A DNA stretch of 64,000 nucleotides, from the sequence record NC_020851.1; one strand, given 5' to 3'. Shown piece after piece: positions 9,990-20,904 of this stretch. Every line of letters starts with the position of its first letter. Position 1 is the stretch's first letter. Under the pieces are notes generated by a model. That model did not search any database. It had not been told where the DNA came from and worked only from the letters and a program-made list of their open reading frames with translations. The position numbers were made by a program, and so were the translations under genes.

Positions 9990-12900
9990 TTAGAATATCA
10001 TTCCCATCATTATTGGACTTATATCTGGAGTTGATCCTGATATATTTATATTACTATAACCTACCACTTCCACAATATCATTTAATGATGCTCCAGTATC
10101 TAGTACAATAGATGTTCCATTTGTTGCCGTGTATTCATTTTCACTCAACTTAACACCATTCAAGAAGACATCAACATAACCAACATTATAAGTTGCAGAG
10201 AATGTTGTTTGAGCAGATGTTGCAGTATAAGTATTTACAGTTCTTGTAGTATCGCTGGTAACAATACTAATATCAACTGTATTTCCATTAAGAGCAAAAG
10301 TATTTCCTGCACCAACAAAGTTTAATGTCGTGATTCCAGTTCCAATGACAGTACCACCGGATTGAATACCAACACCAGATACTGCAGCATCTTGCCAAGA
10401 AATACCAGAACCAGTTGATGTTAATACCTGATTAGTAGCACCAATACCATTAGAATTATCATATAGTGCTCCACGAAGTCTAATGTTTCCATTAACATCA
10501 AGTTTTTGTGTTGGATTTGTGGTTCCGATTCCAACATATTCAGTGCTACCAAAAGGTGCTAGTTGAATAGTCCCATCAGCATCTACATCAATACTTGGAA
10601 TACCTGATACATCATTGACTGAGAAGATACTTCCAGAAGTCAGATTGTTAGTAATAGAGAATAATTGACCTTCAGATCCTTCTATATTAAGTGCAGTCAG
10701 TCCAGTTCCAACATTAATATCAAGTTTTGCCTGTGGCAATGTCTGACCAATACCCATCCTTCCAGTGAAAGGATTAAAGACAAGACCTTCTGTAGTGACA
10801 CCCAGTCCAGTTGTATTTCCTGTTGATACTGCGTATGTTAAGTATTGTGATTGGTCTAATGTATTATTAGAGATTGTTATAGAACTTATACCACCACTAC
10901 TACTAATATTCTGAAGGTATTGACCATCACCATAATAAGTAACGATACCAGAAGTAGCAGTTACAATACCAGCATTAATTTGAACACTTCCAATCGTTGC
11001 TATACCAGTTGTGAAAAGATTTACATCAGATGCAATACCTGCATTTACAATGTAAATCTTACCTCCCATTCCACCGTGTCCACCAGTGGTACATTGATAA
11101 TAAAGAATGTCTGGAGAATCAAACTGAACATTCCACAATAAAGTTGTTCCGTTTCCAGCATTATTATTAGTGATGCCATCATTATATTGTGTTCCTACAG
11201 ATCCATTTGGAGTACTTTGAATCCTAAAAGGATGCCCACCGGTATTATTAGTAAACTTATATTGTTCTCCTCTTGTCAAGTAAAAAGTAGGATCATTTTC
11301 AGTTCCTGTCAATCCAGGTCCACTAATTCCATAATCACTACCGTTTCCAGTTTCCAGAATCCATTCGGAAGTATAAGTTGCTATACCTGCTGTTTGTGCA
11401 AAGGCAACATTAAGATTTGATTCTACAAAACCATCAAGATTAAATGCAGTAGTCGCAAAAGATGCAGTAGAAGCAGTACCAGTGATGTCAATATCATAAG
11501 AACCAGTTAATCTATCAGAAGAAATAGTTCCTGTAGTGATATTAGCAGCATTAGATAAGTTAGTAGCAGTTGTAGCAGTACCAGTGATGTCAATATCATA
11601 AGAACCAGTTAATCTATCAGAAGAAATAGTTCCTGTAGTGATATTAGCAGCATTAGATAAGTTAGTAGCAGTAGTAGCAGTTGCAACATTAAGATCACTT
11701 TCGACTACACCATTAAGATTAAATGCAGTGGTAGCAAAAGATGCTGTTGATGCAGTACCAGTTAAGTTTCCTTCAAATCCGACAGAAGCAGTAACAATAC
11801 CAGAAGAATTAATATTTCTTACTGCTGCTAAATCATTCTCAGTAAACTGAACGCTTCCAGCAGCAAGTCTTGTTCCTGTTGGAAATTGTGTAGATCCAAT
11901 ACCAATCGCATAATTACTTAACCAGGCATCAGTTCCAAGTCCAGAGAAACTTCCAGACTTAAACCACATAATTTTCTTATATGTGGAAGGAAGTGTTTCA
12001 CCAGCACCAGGATTTGTAAGTGTAATTAATGGATTTCCTTCAGTTGATGCAATTGCAATACCACCGTGATTTGCAGTATTATCGGTAGAAATATCATTAC
12101 CAAGTGCATCCGTTCTTACTCCAAGAATAAGGTCAGGGTCAGCAACAGTTAATGTCTGGGTGAATAATGTTGCGGATGTACCCCCAATAGTAATATTTCC
12201 ATTGACATTCAGGTTACGATTAATCTCAACATCTCTTGTAACTGTTAAATCTTGACCGATTGTTACATCACTAGGAAGTCCAATCTGTGGGGTAGAACCT
12301 TCACCGGAAGTAACTGATACTGTGACTTCATTTGAAGTTCCCGTTATTGATTTTACATAATCACCAAAAGTATCTGTGCCAAGTCCAACACTGTTAGGTT
12401 GAATTGTTGCTGCGAGTGATACATTACCAGTGCCATCAAAAGTGATTGGTGAGGCAACGACATCACCAGTAATCTCAAAAGTTCTTGAAGTTTGAAGTTT
12501 TGTTGTTTCGGTAGATAATCCTGCTGTTTGTGCAAAGGCAACATTAAGATTTGATGCCACAACACCATTAAGATTAAATGCTGTGGTAGCAAATGATGCA
12601 GTAGAAGCAGTCCCAGCATTGCCAGTGATGTCAATATCATAAGAACCAGTTAATCTATCAGAAGAAATAGTTCCTGTAGTGATATTAGCAGCATTAGATA
12701 AGTTAGTAGCAGTAGTTGCTGTTCCGGTAATATCAATCCCATAAGAACCAGTTAATCTATCACTACTAATAGTTCCTGTGGTTATGTTAGCAGCATCTGC
12801 TAAGTTAGTAGCAGTATTAGCAATACCACCAGAACCATCAACACTTTGACTAATAGTGATTGTGGCAATATTTCCACCGGCAGTTGCAGTTGCTATGACT

Positions 12901-15173
12901 CCATTACCTTTAAAGTTTAATGTAGAAATACTACCAGAACCTCCTACAATTGAACCTTCATCTCTGACGGTTATGCCTTCAATTGCCGAAGCAGATCCAA
13001 CAGCAGTCCATATAGGTGCTATCCCAGGACCCTGAGAAGTTAATACTTGATTTGATGGTCCTGTTGTTAAGAATCCAGTAACATTAGGTGCGGTTTGATA
13101 AGATATTTGACCTGCTACTCCACCAACAAGATTAGTTGCTATACCTGCTGTTTGAGCAAAGGCAACATTAAGATTTGATGCCACAACACCATTAAGATTA
13201 AATGCAGTAGTCGCAAAAGATGCAGTAGAAGCAGTACCAGTGATGTCAATAGAATAAGAACCAGTTAATCTATCAGAAGAAATAGTTCCTGTAGTGATAT
13301 TAGCAGCATTAGATAAGTTAGTAGCAGTTGTAGCAGTACCAGTGATGTCAATAGCATAAGAACCAGTTAATCTATCACTACTAATAGTTCCTGTGGTTAT
13401 GTTAGCAGCATCTGCTAAGTTAGTAGCAGTTGTAGCAGTACCAGTAATATCAATATCATAAGAACCAGTTAATCTATCAGAAGAAATAGTTCCTGTGGTT
13501 ATGTTAGCAGCATCTGCTAAGTTAGTAGCAGTAGTTGCTGTTCCGGTAATATCAATATCATAAGAACCAGTTAATCTATCACTACTAATAGTTCCTGTAG
13601 TGATATTTGCCGCATCTGCTAAGTTAGTAGCAGTTGTAGCAGTACCAGTGATGTCAATATCATAAGAACCAGTTAATCTATCACTACTAATAGTTCCTGT
13701 AGTGATATTAGCAGCATCAGATAAGTTGAATGCAGTTGTAGCAGTGCCAGTAATATCAATATCATAAGAACCAGTTAATCTATCACTACTAATAGTTCCT
13801 GTAGTGATATTAGCAGCATTAGATAAGTTGAATGCAGTTGTAGCAAAAGATGCCGTTGATGCAGTTCCAGTTAAGTTTCCTACAAAAGTTGGTGCAGTTA
13901 TTTCATCTTCGGTAAAATTAATACTATTGCCAACAGCAAAAAGTTGTCCATTTTGAATTTGTGTTCTACCAATACTTATTGGTTGATTACTTATAAATGC
14001 ATCAGTGCCTTGTCCAACAAATGTTCCATTCTTAAACCACTTAATTTGTTTATAGGTATTAGGTGTGGTATTAATTCCAGGAACTTGTAAATCTACAAGA
14101 AAATAACCCTCTGTTGATGCAACTGCAATACCCGCAGCATTTGCCGTAGTATCATTTGGAGTAATTGTTGTAGTGAATCCAATTAATAGTTCCTTACCCT
14201 CAATACGAATAGTTTCAGTGTCTAATGTAACTCCTGTTCCTCCAACAGAAATATTACCAGAAACAAATAGGTCATCAAATATATTAACTTCACTATTAAA
14301 TCTTGCAATATCTCCAAATGTAGAAAATCCAGATACATTAAGATTATCTAATTCAAGATTTGTAAAATCTCCCGTTGTAGCACTTACAATACCATTACCA
14401 ATAGTAACTGCACTGCCAACAGTTAGTAAATTATTAACATCAAGACTTGCTCCAATACTTACGTTCTTATCAATCCCTACTCCACCATCAATTTGGACAA
14501 TACCAGTATTAGTATCTCCTATTACATTATCAGTATTACCATTAAATGAGGCAATACCTGATACATTAAGATCTTGTGTATCAACATTAAACTCACCAAT
14601 AAAAGATGATGCGCTTATAATACCAGAGAATATCGCATCTCCAAGAACATCCAGTTTTACATCAGTAAGAACTCCAACATTTCCAAGTCTAGGTTGTGTG
14701 AGACCAATACCAACTGTTCCTGTAGTGTAAATTCCTCCTCCACCACCAGGCGTTCTATCCCTATACCATCTAGGGTCAATTCTTATATCAGCAAAACCAG
14801 GATTATCAGGATTAGTTGTTATTCCCAACAACTGATCGGATATAAAATTAAGTCCAGTATAAGTTTGTAATCCAATATTGTTTAAAATATCCCCATCTTC
14901 AGCAAGAAAGATAGAATTATTACCAAGTGGGGGAACATTTGTCCAAGTTAATCCTTCTACATCCTTCGTAAGGAAGTATCCCATTGACCCGATGACTCCT
15001 CTGGAGTCAATAATATTATCCCTAATTCTAATTTGATTTGTATCAATATCGGTAGTTGCCGAAGTTCCAATACCTACAGCAATTCTTCCATCTACATTGA
15101 CTACCGTGTCATTTGTAGTAATACCAGGAACACCGAAATCCTGATTAATTTTTCTTCCTGATACGTATTGCAT
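9990..15173 (-). CDS. Long tail-fibre protein with tandem repeats
   Basis: 1727 aa, T/G/A-rich, ten copies of a 34-aa repeat, GIGTTNPTQKLDVNGNI fibre motif. Confidence 0.85.
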   Translation of the reverse strand: MQYVSGRKINQDFGVPGITTNDTVVNVDGRIAVGIGTSATTDIDTNQIRIRDNIIDSRGVIGSMGYFLTKDVEGLTWTNVPPLGNNSIFLAEDGDILNNIGLQTYTGLNFISDQLLGITTNPDNPGFADIRIDPRWYRDRTPGGGGGIYTTGTVGIGLTQPRLGNVGVLTDVKLDVLGDAIFSGIISASSFIGEFNVDTQDLNVSGIASFNGNTDNVIGDTNTGIVQIDGGVGIDKNVSIGASLDVNNLLTVGSAVTIGNGIVSATTGDFTNLELDNLNVSGFSTFGDIARFNSEVNIFDDLFVSGNISVGGTGVTLDTETIRIEGKELLIGFTTTITPNDTTANAAGIAVASTEGYFLVDLQVPGINTTPNTYKQIKWFKNGTFVGQGTDAFISNQPISIGRTQIQNGQLFAVGNSINFTEDEITAPTFVGNLTGTASTASFATTAFNLSNAANITTGTISSDRLTGSYDIDITGTATTAFNLSDAANITTGTISSDRLTGSYDIDITGTATTATNLADAANITTGTISSDRLTGSYDIDITGTATTATNLADAANITTGTISSDRLTGSYDIDITGTATTATNLADAANITTGTISSDRLTGSYAIDITGTATTATNLSNAANITTGTISSDRLTGSYSIDITGTASTASFATTAFNLNGVVASNLNVAFAQTAGIATNLVGGVAGQISYQTAPNVTGFLTTGPSNQVLTSQGPGIAPIWTAVGSASAIEGITVRDEGSIVGGSGSISTLNFKGNGVIATATAGGNIATITISQSVDGSGGIANTATNLADAANITTGTISSDRLTGSYGIDITGTATTATNLSNAANITTGTISSDRLTGSYDIDITGNAGTASTASFATTAFNLNGVVASNLNVAFAQTAGLSTETTKLQTSRTFEITGDVVASPITFDGTGNVSLAATIQPNSVGLGTDTFGDYVKSITGTSNEVTVSVTSGEGSTPQIGLPSDVTIGQDLTVTRDVEINRNLNVNGNITIGGTSATLFTQTLTVADPDLILGVRTDALGNDISTDNTANHGGIAIASTEGNPLITLTNPGAGETLPSTYKKIMWFKSGSFSGLGTDAWLSNYAIGIGSTQFPTGTRLAAGSVQFTENDLAAVRNINSSGIVTASVGFEGNLTGTASTASFATTAFNLNGVVESDLNVATATTATNLSNAANITTGTISSDRLTGSYDIDITGTATTATNLSNAANITTGTISSDRLTGSYDIDITGTASTASFATTAFNLDGFVESNLNVAFAQTAGIATYTSEWILETGNGSDYGISGPGLTGTENDPTFYLTRGEQYKFTNNTGGHPFRIQSTPNGSVGTQYNDGITNNNAGNGTTLLWNVQFDSPDILYYQCTTGGHGGMGGKIYIVNAGIASDVNLFTTGIATIGSVQINAGIVTATSGIVTYYGDGQYLQNISSSGGISSITISNNTLDQSQYLTYAVSTGNTTGLGVTTEGLVFNPFTGRMGIGQTLPQAKLDINVGTGLTALNIEGSEGQLFSITNNLTSGSIFSVNDVSGIPSIDVDADGTIQLAPFGSTEYVGIGTTNPTQKLDVNGNIRLRGALYDNSNGIGATNQVLTSTGSGISWQDAAVSGVGIQSGGTVIGTGITTLNFVGAGNTFALNGNTVDISIVTSDTTRTVNTYTATSAQTTFSATYNVGYVDVFLNGVKLSENEYTATNGTSIVLDTGASLNDIVEVVGYSNINISGSTPDISPIMMGMIF
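13200..13860 (-). repeat. Six tandem 102-bp (34-aa) coding repeats; four more copies at about 11460-11670 and 12600-12810
   Basis: agaaccagttaatctatc recurs at 102-bp spacing (13461, 13563, 13665); unit NLADAANITTGTISSDRLTGSYDIDITGTATTAT. Boundaries approximate. Confidence 0.9.
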
Positions 15174-15181
15174 TTTTTAAA

Positions 15182-15526
15182 TCAACCCTTTGCTGTTTCT
15201 AATACACTCATAGTAATTTGGAGAACACCGTTCTCATTTGAACTCACTCGAATTTCATCATCAGTTTCTAAAACTAAACGACCCGTAAGAGGACTTAATG
15301 CATCCTTTACAGGAATGCCCCCATCTTTTATCAGGTCAAATTGTCCACCTTCAGTTCTAAAATGAGAAAATGTTGCGAGGTAAGTGGTATTTCCAGTAGA
15401 TATGTTTGCAATCTGTGCTGAAACAATAATACTAGCAACTCCAATTGGAGCAGTGTAAATTCCAACAGTAGAGTTAGTAAGATTGTGTCGTATAGTCTTA
15501 AAAGTATTAAGTGCTACTGCTGCCAT
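15182..15526 (-). CDS. Conserved small structural protein
   Basis: 114-aa beta-rich ORF with architecture similar to 9626-9988. Confidence 0.65.
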   Translation of the reverse strand: MAAVALNTFKTIRHNLTNSTVGIYTAPIGVASIIVSAQIANISTGNTTYLATFSHFRTEGGQFDLIKDGGIPVKDALSPLTGRLVLETDDEIRVSSNENGVLQITMSVLETAKG

Positions 15527-15530
15527 TTTT

Positions 15531-18317
15531 TTATCCTAGTGCGATAATTAGGGGATTTACTTTATTTATGATACTCTGATCGAACGATCTACCAGAGATA
15601 GTTCCTGTTAATTGATTTGCAACCAATCCATCACCAATTCTGAAGTTTCCTGCCTGGTCAGTGCTTGTGTAAACAACCTGACCACCTCCAACTTCTATCA
15701 CTTCATTTTCAGGAATAACAACACCACCAAGAGCAGGTTTTGCAGGATTTATTGTATTACCAGATCCGACCCACTCAAATGAATGAGAAGATGTAATCTG
15801 TAAACTGACACGACTAAAGAATATCGTAGTGCCTGCACCTATAGTATTATTCAATCTTTGATTTAAAATGATTGTAGAAATACCAGCAGATGGTTTTGTT
15901 GCACTCTCAATAGAATAATAAATTGGAAACAATTCTACTTCTGCTGTTGCAGTTGTTCCTGCTCCAGTAGGCCCATCAATTACAACTTGAGTATTATCAG
16001 TAAGACGATACTGACTTCCATCGGCAATAATATCAATTGAAGTAACCTGACCCGAAGAATCAATATTTGAAGATCCTTCTGCAGTAGCTCCTTGTGGTCC
16101 ACTTGGACTATCAATCGTTAATCTTGGTGGTTTTGTATACCCAGAACCAGGATTAGTAACTTTAAGTCCTTTTACAAAGTAGAAGAGTTCACCAAAATAA
16201 AGTGCCTGACCATCATAAGGTCTTTGTTGTCCAAGACCTGATACGACAAGAACATCATTTTCAATTAAGGATTCTGTATTTGCAATTCCAGTATAACGAT
16301 AAATTGATTTAGAAGTTTCATCACCAACACCTTCAGAATATAATCCAAAAGTTCCGAATGATGCATTAGAGTTCGTCAAATCACATTGTCCACCATCATT
16401 TGTGTAAATAGCAATCTGATCACAAATTGTGAAGATAGAAACTAACTGAGCATAAGCACCATTCGTAATCGAAACTCCAATTCCACCCTGATTAAATTGA
16501 GTAAATGAGTCAACACTCATCGAACCAGTAACACCAATATCTTCTTGGTCTGCTGGTTCAGCATCAAATCCATTAATTCTCATTCCAATACTCTTTGGAA
16601 TAAAATTGGTACAGTTTCTTACATAAGGACCTTGTGTGATCGGTCCAACACCAGGTGAGTATGGAGGTCTTACAATACCATCAGAAACATAAGTGTGTGG
16701 AAGAGTTGATGTTCCGACATTCACCGAGAAAGTATTTCCGGCACCGGTCAGAACTTTAAAGTCATATCCATTTTTACCTGAAGGAAATTCTTGAGTTGTT
16801 GTTCCAATCCCTGCTCCAGAGTCACAAGAGAATATTAAATCTCTTAAAGTAATAAATTCATTTACTTTTAATTTAGCACCAGGTGAAGTGAATGTAATAA
16901 TGCCACTTACATTATCATATGATGCTGTCGTTATTGCAACAGAACGATCAACAATAAATCCACCAGAAACATAAGTATGCGGAAGAGTTGATGTTCCAAC
17001 ATTTACAACAAAGGATTCGTCAGCATTTACTCTATCAACATAAAACTCATTTCCGTATTTACCGGAAGGGAAGAATTGAGTTGTGGTTCCAATTCCTGCT
17101 CCAGAATCACAAGAGAATATTAAATCACGAATCTCAAATCTATCTCCTTTAACTACAGAAATTCCTGGTGCCTCAAGATAAAGATTACCTGTTCTCTCAT
17201 TATATAATGCACTTGTAACTCCAATGGTTCCAGTAAACCCAACTCCAGCATTACCAGGATAATTTGTTGTTAATCCAGTTGTTGATGGATTTCCATCAAT
17301 ACCATTCTGAATAATGTTAGTTACAATTCCTACACAAGTAAAAATTGCAGAATGAACATTTGCACAAGAACCATAATCACTATTTGATCCTGTCGCACCA
17401 TCTGCTTGTATACTTAAATCTCTAAGTTGAGAAAATTCTGATTGATAATTTCCAGTCCATAAAATATTATTAACACAGGAACGAGCAATACCAATAGAAT
17501 AATTGAATGCATCAATTGTAGTAGAACCAAATCCTACAATATGATCTAAGTTTCCATTAATATCAAAATACTTTTTACCTGCATCGATACACTTAGAATT
17601 TCCACCTCTTGTTATGTCATGACAAATTGCACGATAAACATCTTTAATATCATCGGCACAATTAGTTGAGTCAATACTAATGGCAGGATTTTTATAATCT
17701 GTGCTTGTAAGATATCCTACCGTTTCATTCGCAATATAATCTAAATTATAACGAATCATTCTTGCGGCATCAAAAAATCTATCTGATGTTACACCAACTA
17801 ATGGTTCAAAAGAAAGCACTGCTGCTCCATCGGTCATATCACGACCATCATCCAATCTAAAACTCATGTCAGTGACATGAACACTATTGTTTACATAAAA
17901 TAAATCTCTATCAACATTCTTTGGTGTTACAATACAGTTACGAAGTTCTGTTCCCTCTAATGAAACACTCCTATCAAGAATGATTGGATTATCTTCGACA
18001 TAGATACCAGGATAAACTTTAATCGTATCACCAGGAAGTGAAATAGCAGCGGCACCTTTAATAGTTGCCTTGGAATCAATCTCATTCAATCCACTATTTT
18101 CATCATTACCAGTAGCAGTAACAAAAATAGTCTTCCCTAAAACAGAACCAGCACCTACTTCAATAACACGAGTGCTAATTCCTAACTTACCTTGATCTTG
18201 CTTTAAGAATACTCTTCCATCAAAAGTATTAAGACCCAATTCAGCAAAAAGTAAATCACTATTTGTCGGGACTTTTGCGGGAACTGGAGACCTTCTGATT
18301 CTAATGGGTGTTGCCAT
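15531..18317 (-). CDS. Virion structural/tail-fibre protein, possible beta-helix
   Basis: TIFVTATGND...TIKGAA...PGDTIKVYPGIYVE pectin-lyase-like start; duplicated RDLIFSCDSGAGIGTTTQ...GTSTLPHTYVS module; late promoter upstream. Confidence 0.75.
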   Translation of the reverse strand: MATPIRIRRSPVPAKVPTNSDLLFAELGLNTFDGRVFLKQDQGKLGISTRVIEVGAGSVLGKTIFVTATGNDENSGLNEIDSKATIKGAAAISLPGDTIKVYPGIYVEDNPIILDRSVSLEGTELRNCIVTPKNVDRDLFYVNNSVHVTDMSFRLDDGRDMTDGAAVLSFEPLVGVTSDRFFDAARMIRYNLDYIANETVGYLTSTDYKNPAISIDSTNCADDIKDVYRAICHDITRGGNSKCIDAGKKYFDINGNLDHIVGFGSTTIDAFNYSIGIARSCVNNILWTGNYQSEFSQLRDLSIQADGATGSNSDYGSCANVHSAIFTCVGIVTNIIQNGIDGNPSTTGLTTNYPGNAGVGFTGTIGVTSALYNERTGNLYLEAPGISVVKGDRFEIRDLIFSCDSGAGIGTTTQFFPSGKYGNEFYVDRVNADESFVVNVGTSTLPHTYVSGGFIVDRSVAITTASYDNVSGIITFTSPGAKLKVNEFITLRDLIFSCDSGAGIGTTTQEFPSGKNGYDFKVLTGAGNTFSVNVGTSTLPHTYVSDGIVRPPYSPGVGPITQGPYVRNCTNFIPKSIGMRINGFDAEPADQEDIGVTGSMSVDSFTQFNQGGIGVSITNGAYAQLVSIFTICDQIAIYTNDGGQCDLTNSNASFGTFGLYSEGVGDETSKSIYRYTGIANTESLIENDVLVVSGLGQQRPYDGQALYFGELFYFVKGLKVTNPGSGYTKPPRLTIDSPSGPQGATAEGSSNIDSSGQVTSIDIIADGSQYRLTDNTQVVIDGPTGAGTTATAEVELFPIYYSIESATKPSAGISTIILNQRLNNTIGAGTTIFFSRVSLQITSSHSFEWVGSGNTINPAKPALGGVVIPENEVIEVGGGQVVYTSTDQAGNFRIGDGLVANQLTGTISGRSFDQSIINKVNPLIIALG

Positions 18318-18355
18318 TTATTCTATTCCAGATTCTTTACATTTTCTCTTCAAAT

Positions 18356-18363
18356 TATTTATA
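18356..18363 (-). promoter_or_regulatory. T4-type late promoter TATAAATA
   Basis: Exact match upstream of the structural operon that starts at 18317. Confidence 0.75.
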
Positions 18364-18369
18364 ATAAAT

Positions 18370-18741
18370 TCAAAAGACCTTATTTGTCCTTGAACCATAT
18401 CGATAAAGGTTTACTGCTGGTTCTGGTTCCATCCACTTCTTAATTTTCTCATATCGATCAACATTAAAAAACTCCTGCGAAAGATACCAATCTTCCATAG
18501 GAGAATATGCTTTATCTTGATTACAATCATGGCAGGCACATAAAAGATTTTTTGTAAAATCTGGTCCACCCTTTGCCTTTGGAATAATATGGTCTATCGT
18601 AAGTTTATCTTGCGATCCACAATACGCACACTCATAACCCCATTCTTCCTTTATCTGTGTCCTCCATAACCTTTTTGCTTCTGCAGAACTTGTTGTTTGG
18701 AGGTTGAAGACATAGGCTTGTGGAGAATTATAGAGAGGCAT
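18370..18741 (-). CDS. HNH endonuclease
   Basis: CAYCG...LTIDHIIPKAKGG...NLLCACHDCN. Confidence 0.9.
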   Translation of the reverse strand: MPLYNSPQAYVFNLQTTSSAEAKRLWRTQIKEEWGYECAYCGSQDKLTIDHIIPKAKGGPDFTKNLLCACHDCNQDKAYSPMEDWYLSQEFFNVDRYEKIKKWMEPEPAVNLYRYGSRTNKVF

Positions 18742-18764
18742 AAAAGATTGCGTCTTACCATTAT

Positions 18765-19265
18765 TTAGATAAACTCACCCATATCATAGATATACATTCT
18801 TCCCATCATAATCCAATAAGAAGTAAATACATCCTCAAAATGTTCTGCGAAAAATCTAAACTTCTCATCAATAAGTTGACGACCTAATACTTGAAAGTGT
18901 GCCTTAGATAATGCAAAGAATTCATCCAGTGCTTCTTCATCTCCTTGCTTAAATCCACGAACATATAAATCCCTTGCAGTATTCATAATCTCATGACATT
19001 CTTCTGGAAGTATCACCTTCGTTCTTCCATCAGGTAATGGCAATACTTTATTTTTAATTGTTCCCATCGAAAGTTTCATACACTCTCGACTTTGTTCTAC
19101 AGATAGTGCTCTCTCATCACCATCTCTAAATGCATGTTGTATACATCCATTCGTGCATTCCACAACACGAATAAGTGCAGTCGCATCTAATACTTCTTGA
19201 GATTGAGAACACCAAATGTCCTTCCAATACTTATAATACTGTTGATTAACTTCCATAATATTCAC
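18765..19265 (-). CDS. Hypothetical protein
   Basis: 166-aa ORF coupled to the purM stop. Confidence 0.7.
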   Translation of the reverse strand: MNIMEVNQQYYKYWKDIWCSQSQEVLDATALIRVVECTNGCIQHAFRDGDERALSVEQSRECMKLSMGTIKNKVLPLPDGRTKVILPEECHEIMNTARDLYVRGFKQGDEEALDEFFALSKAHFQVLGRQLIDEKFRFFAEHFEDVFTSYWIMMGRMYIYDMGEFI

Positions 19266-20201
19266 TCATTTGTTTTTAACAGTTCCAATGACCCATGATC
19301 TCATACCAAATGGAGTATCGGCAATAAAATTCTGGACCAATTCTACTGCATCTGGTGGCACAACTAAACAGAATCCAATACCACAGTTGAATACATTTCT
19401 CATCTCTTCCTCAGCAATGTCTCCTGCCTCCTGTATCTTGTTAAAGAGTTCTGGTCGTTCCCAGGCAGACCAATCAACATCGACAGTCAGATGCTCTGGA
19501 AGGCATCGTGGGAGGTTCTCAGGCAGTCCTCCTCCAGTAATATGTGCCATTCCTAGGATAGGAACTTCGTCCAACAGGTGCTGAATGAGACGGGCATAGA
19601 TGGTGGTTGGCACCAACAGTTCTGGCATCTCCTTGTAGTAAATATAATTTCTCCACAGCATATCATTGACCAGTGTGTATCCATTACTATGAAGACCACT
19701 ACTCTCAATACCAATGACTACATCACCAGGTCTGATGTTACTACCATCAACAATCTCATTCTTCTCTACAATACCAGTGCAGAAACCAGCAAGGTCATAG
19801 TCAGTTGCTCTGAAATGCTCTGCCGTTTCTCCACCTAAGAGTTCCATACCAGCCATTACACAACCAACATTAACTCCATACACAATGTCACTGACATTAG
19901 CATCAAGTGATTTAGTAGAGACATAATCTAGAAAATATAATGGTTCAGCACCAGAACATATAACGTCATTGACGCACATAGCAACGAGATCCTGACCAAT
20001 AGTGGTGTAATCATTAGCAATCCTACAGATATTAATTTTAGTTCCGACACCATCGGCACCAGATACTAATACAGGGTTCTTATAGTGTGATGGGATCTCC
20101 ATCCTTCCACTGAACCCACCAACACTAGGTGCTAGTGCTTTGATATACTCTACAAAAGATCTACCCTTGATAATGTCAACACCAGAAGTTTTGTAGTCCA
20201 T
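19266..20201 (-). CDS. purM: Phosphoribosylformylglycinamidine cyclo-ligase (AIR synthetase)
   Basis: MDYKTSGVDI, ADGVGTK, GQDLVAMCVND, GGETAEH, SSGLHSNGY, HITGGG, FNCGIG. Confidence 0.97.
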   Translation of the reverse strand: MDYKTSGVDIIKGRSFVEYIKALAPSVGGFSGRMEIPSHYKNPVLVSGADGVGTKINICRIANDYTTIGQDLVAMCVNDVICSGAEPLYFLDYVSTKSLDANVSDIVYGVNVGCVMAGMELLGGETAEHFRATDYDLAGFCTGIVEKNEIVDGSNIRPGDVVIGIESSGLHSNGYTLVNDMLWRNYIYYKEMPELLVPTTIYARLIQHLLDEVPILGMAHITGGGLPENLPRCLPEHLTVDVDWSAWERPELFNKIQEAGDIAEEEMRNVFNCGIGFCLVVPPDAVELVQNFIADTPFGMRSWVIGTVKNK

Positions 20202-20419
20202 CAGTCTCTTCCTAAACGAATGTATAAAGTAATCAATGATTGAGAGATTAGATCACAAGAATAAGTGAATCCAATCTTATCTTCCTTGTCCCAGTGTTCT
20301 CTTTGACTTTTAAGAATAGCAGAGAACTCTTTGATCTTAGATCTCATCTCTTCTTTAGATAATTTATCCAACGATTTCACCTTTTGCGATTTGTTCGTGA
20401 TATCGAGACGTGACATCAC
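20201..20419 (-). CDS. Hypothetical protein
   Basis: Short ORF coupled to the purM start; true start uncertain. Confidence 0.55.
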   Translation of the reverse strand: MMSRLDITNKSQKVKSLDKLSKEEMRSKIKEFSAILKSQREHWDKEDKIGFTYSCDLISQSLITLYIRLGRD

Positions 20420-20687
20420 GCAAGTATTTTTCTGCTTTTCTTTTACTAAAACCTGCTAGTTTCCATACGATGTAGTCCATCGTTGGAATACAAATAGGAT
20501 TCCAACCTACAAATCCATGTGTCTCTCCAGAATTCATAACCCAACAGGGAGCATCATCATTCTCAAGGTCTAATGACTTACGATACTCTTCCTCACCAAA
20601 CATAACAACTGCTCTCTCTGCTTCATTCAAACTCTTGAAGCAATCAAAGCAATTCTTTCTAATGATATCAGGGATTTCGTGTTTCAT
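20364..20687 (-). CDS. Hypothetical protein
   Basis: Likely start ATG at 20687 (MKHEIPD...), within ORF-track entry 20364-20792. Confidence 0.6.
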   Translation of the reverse strand: MKHEIPDIIRKNCFDCFKSLNEAERAVVMFGEEEYRKSLDLENDDAPCWVMNSGETHGFVGWNPICIPTMDYIVWKLAGFSKRKAEKYLRDVTSRYHEQIAKGEIVG

Positions 20688-20904
20688 TTTGAATCTCAAG
20701 TTTAAGTTTACGAATACCAGTGATGAAATAACCAAAGTCCCTGGTTTCTGTGATGGGTTTTGTCTCACCACATACACCACACTTTGATTCATACACAGAT
20801 GAACATCCTACAGAATAAACTCCATACTTATGTCCACAATCAAAACAAGTGTTGTAGGCATTCTCAAGTGTTTTAATAAGTGCTTTCTTTTCTTTGATGG
20901 TCAT
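20668..20904 (-). CDS. Hypothetical protein with CxxC...CxxC zinc-ribbon motif
   Basis: CFDCG...CGVCG; overlaps the purC stop. Confidence 0.65.
   Translation of the reverse strand: MTIKEKKALIKTLENAYNTCFDCGHKYGVYSVGCSSVYESKCGVCGETKPITETRDFGYFITGIRKLKLEIQNETRNP

Noticed and set aside
18370-18741. HNH gene as a recently inserted homing element
   Set aside because: No flanking duplication, regulatory hairpin or recoded neighbour is visible, unlike the other endonuclease genes here.
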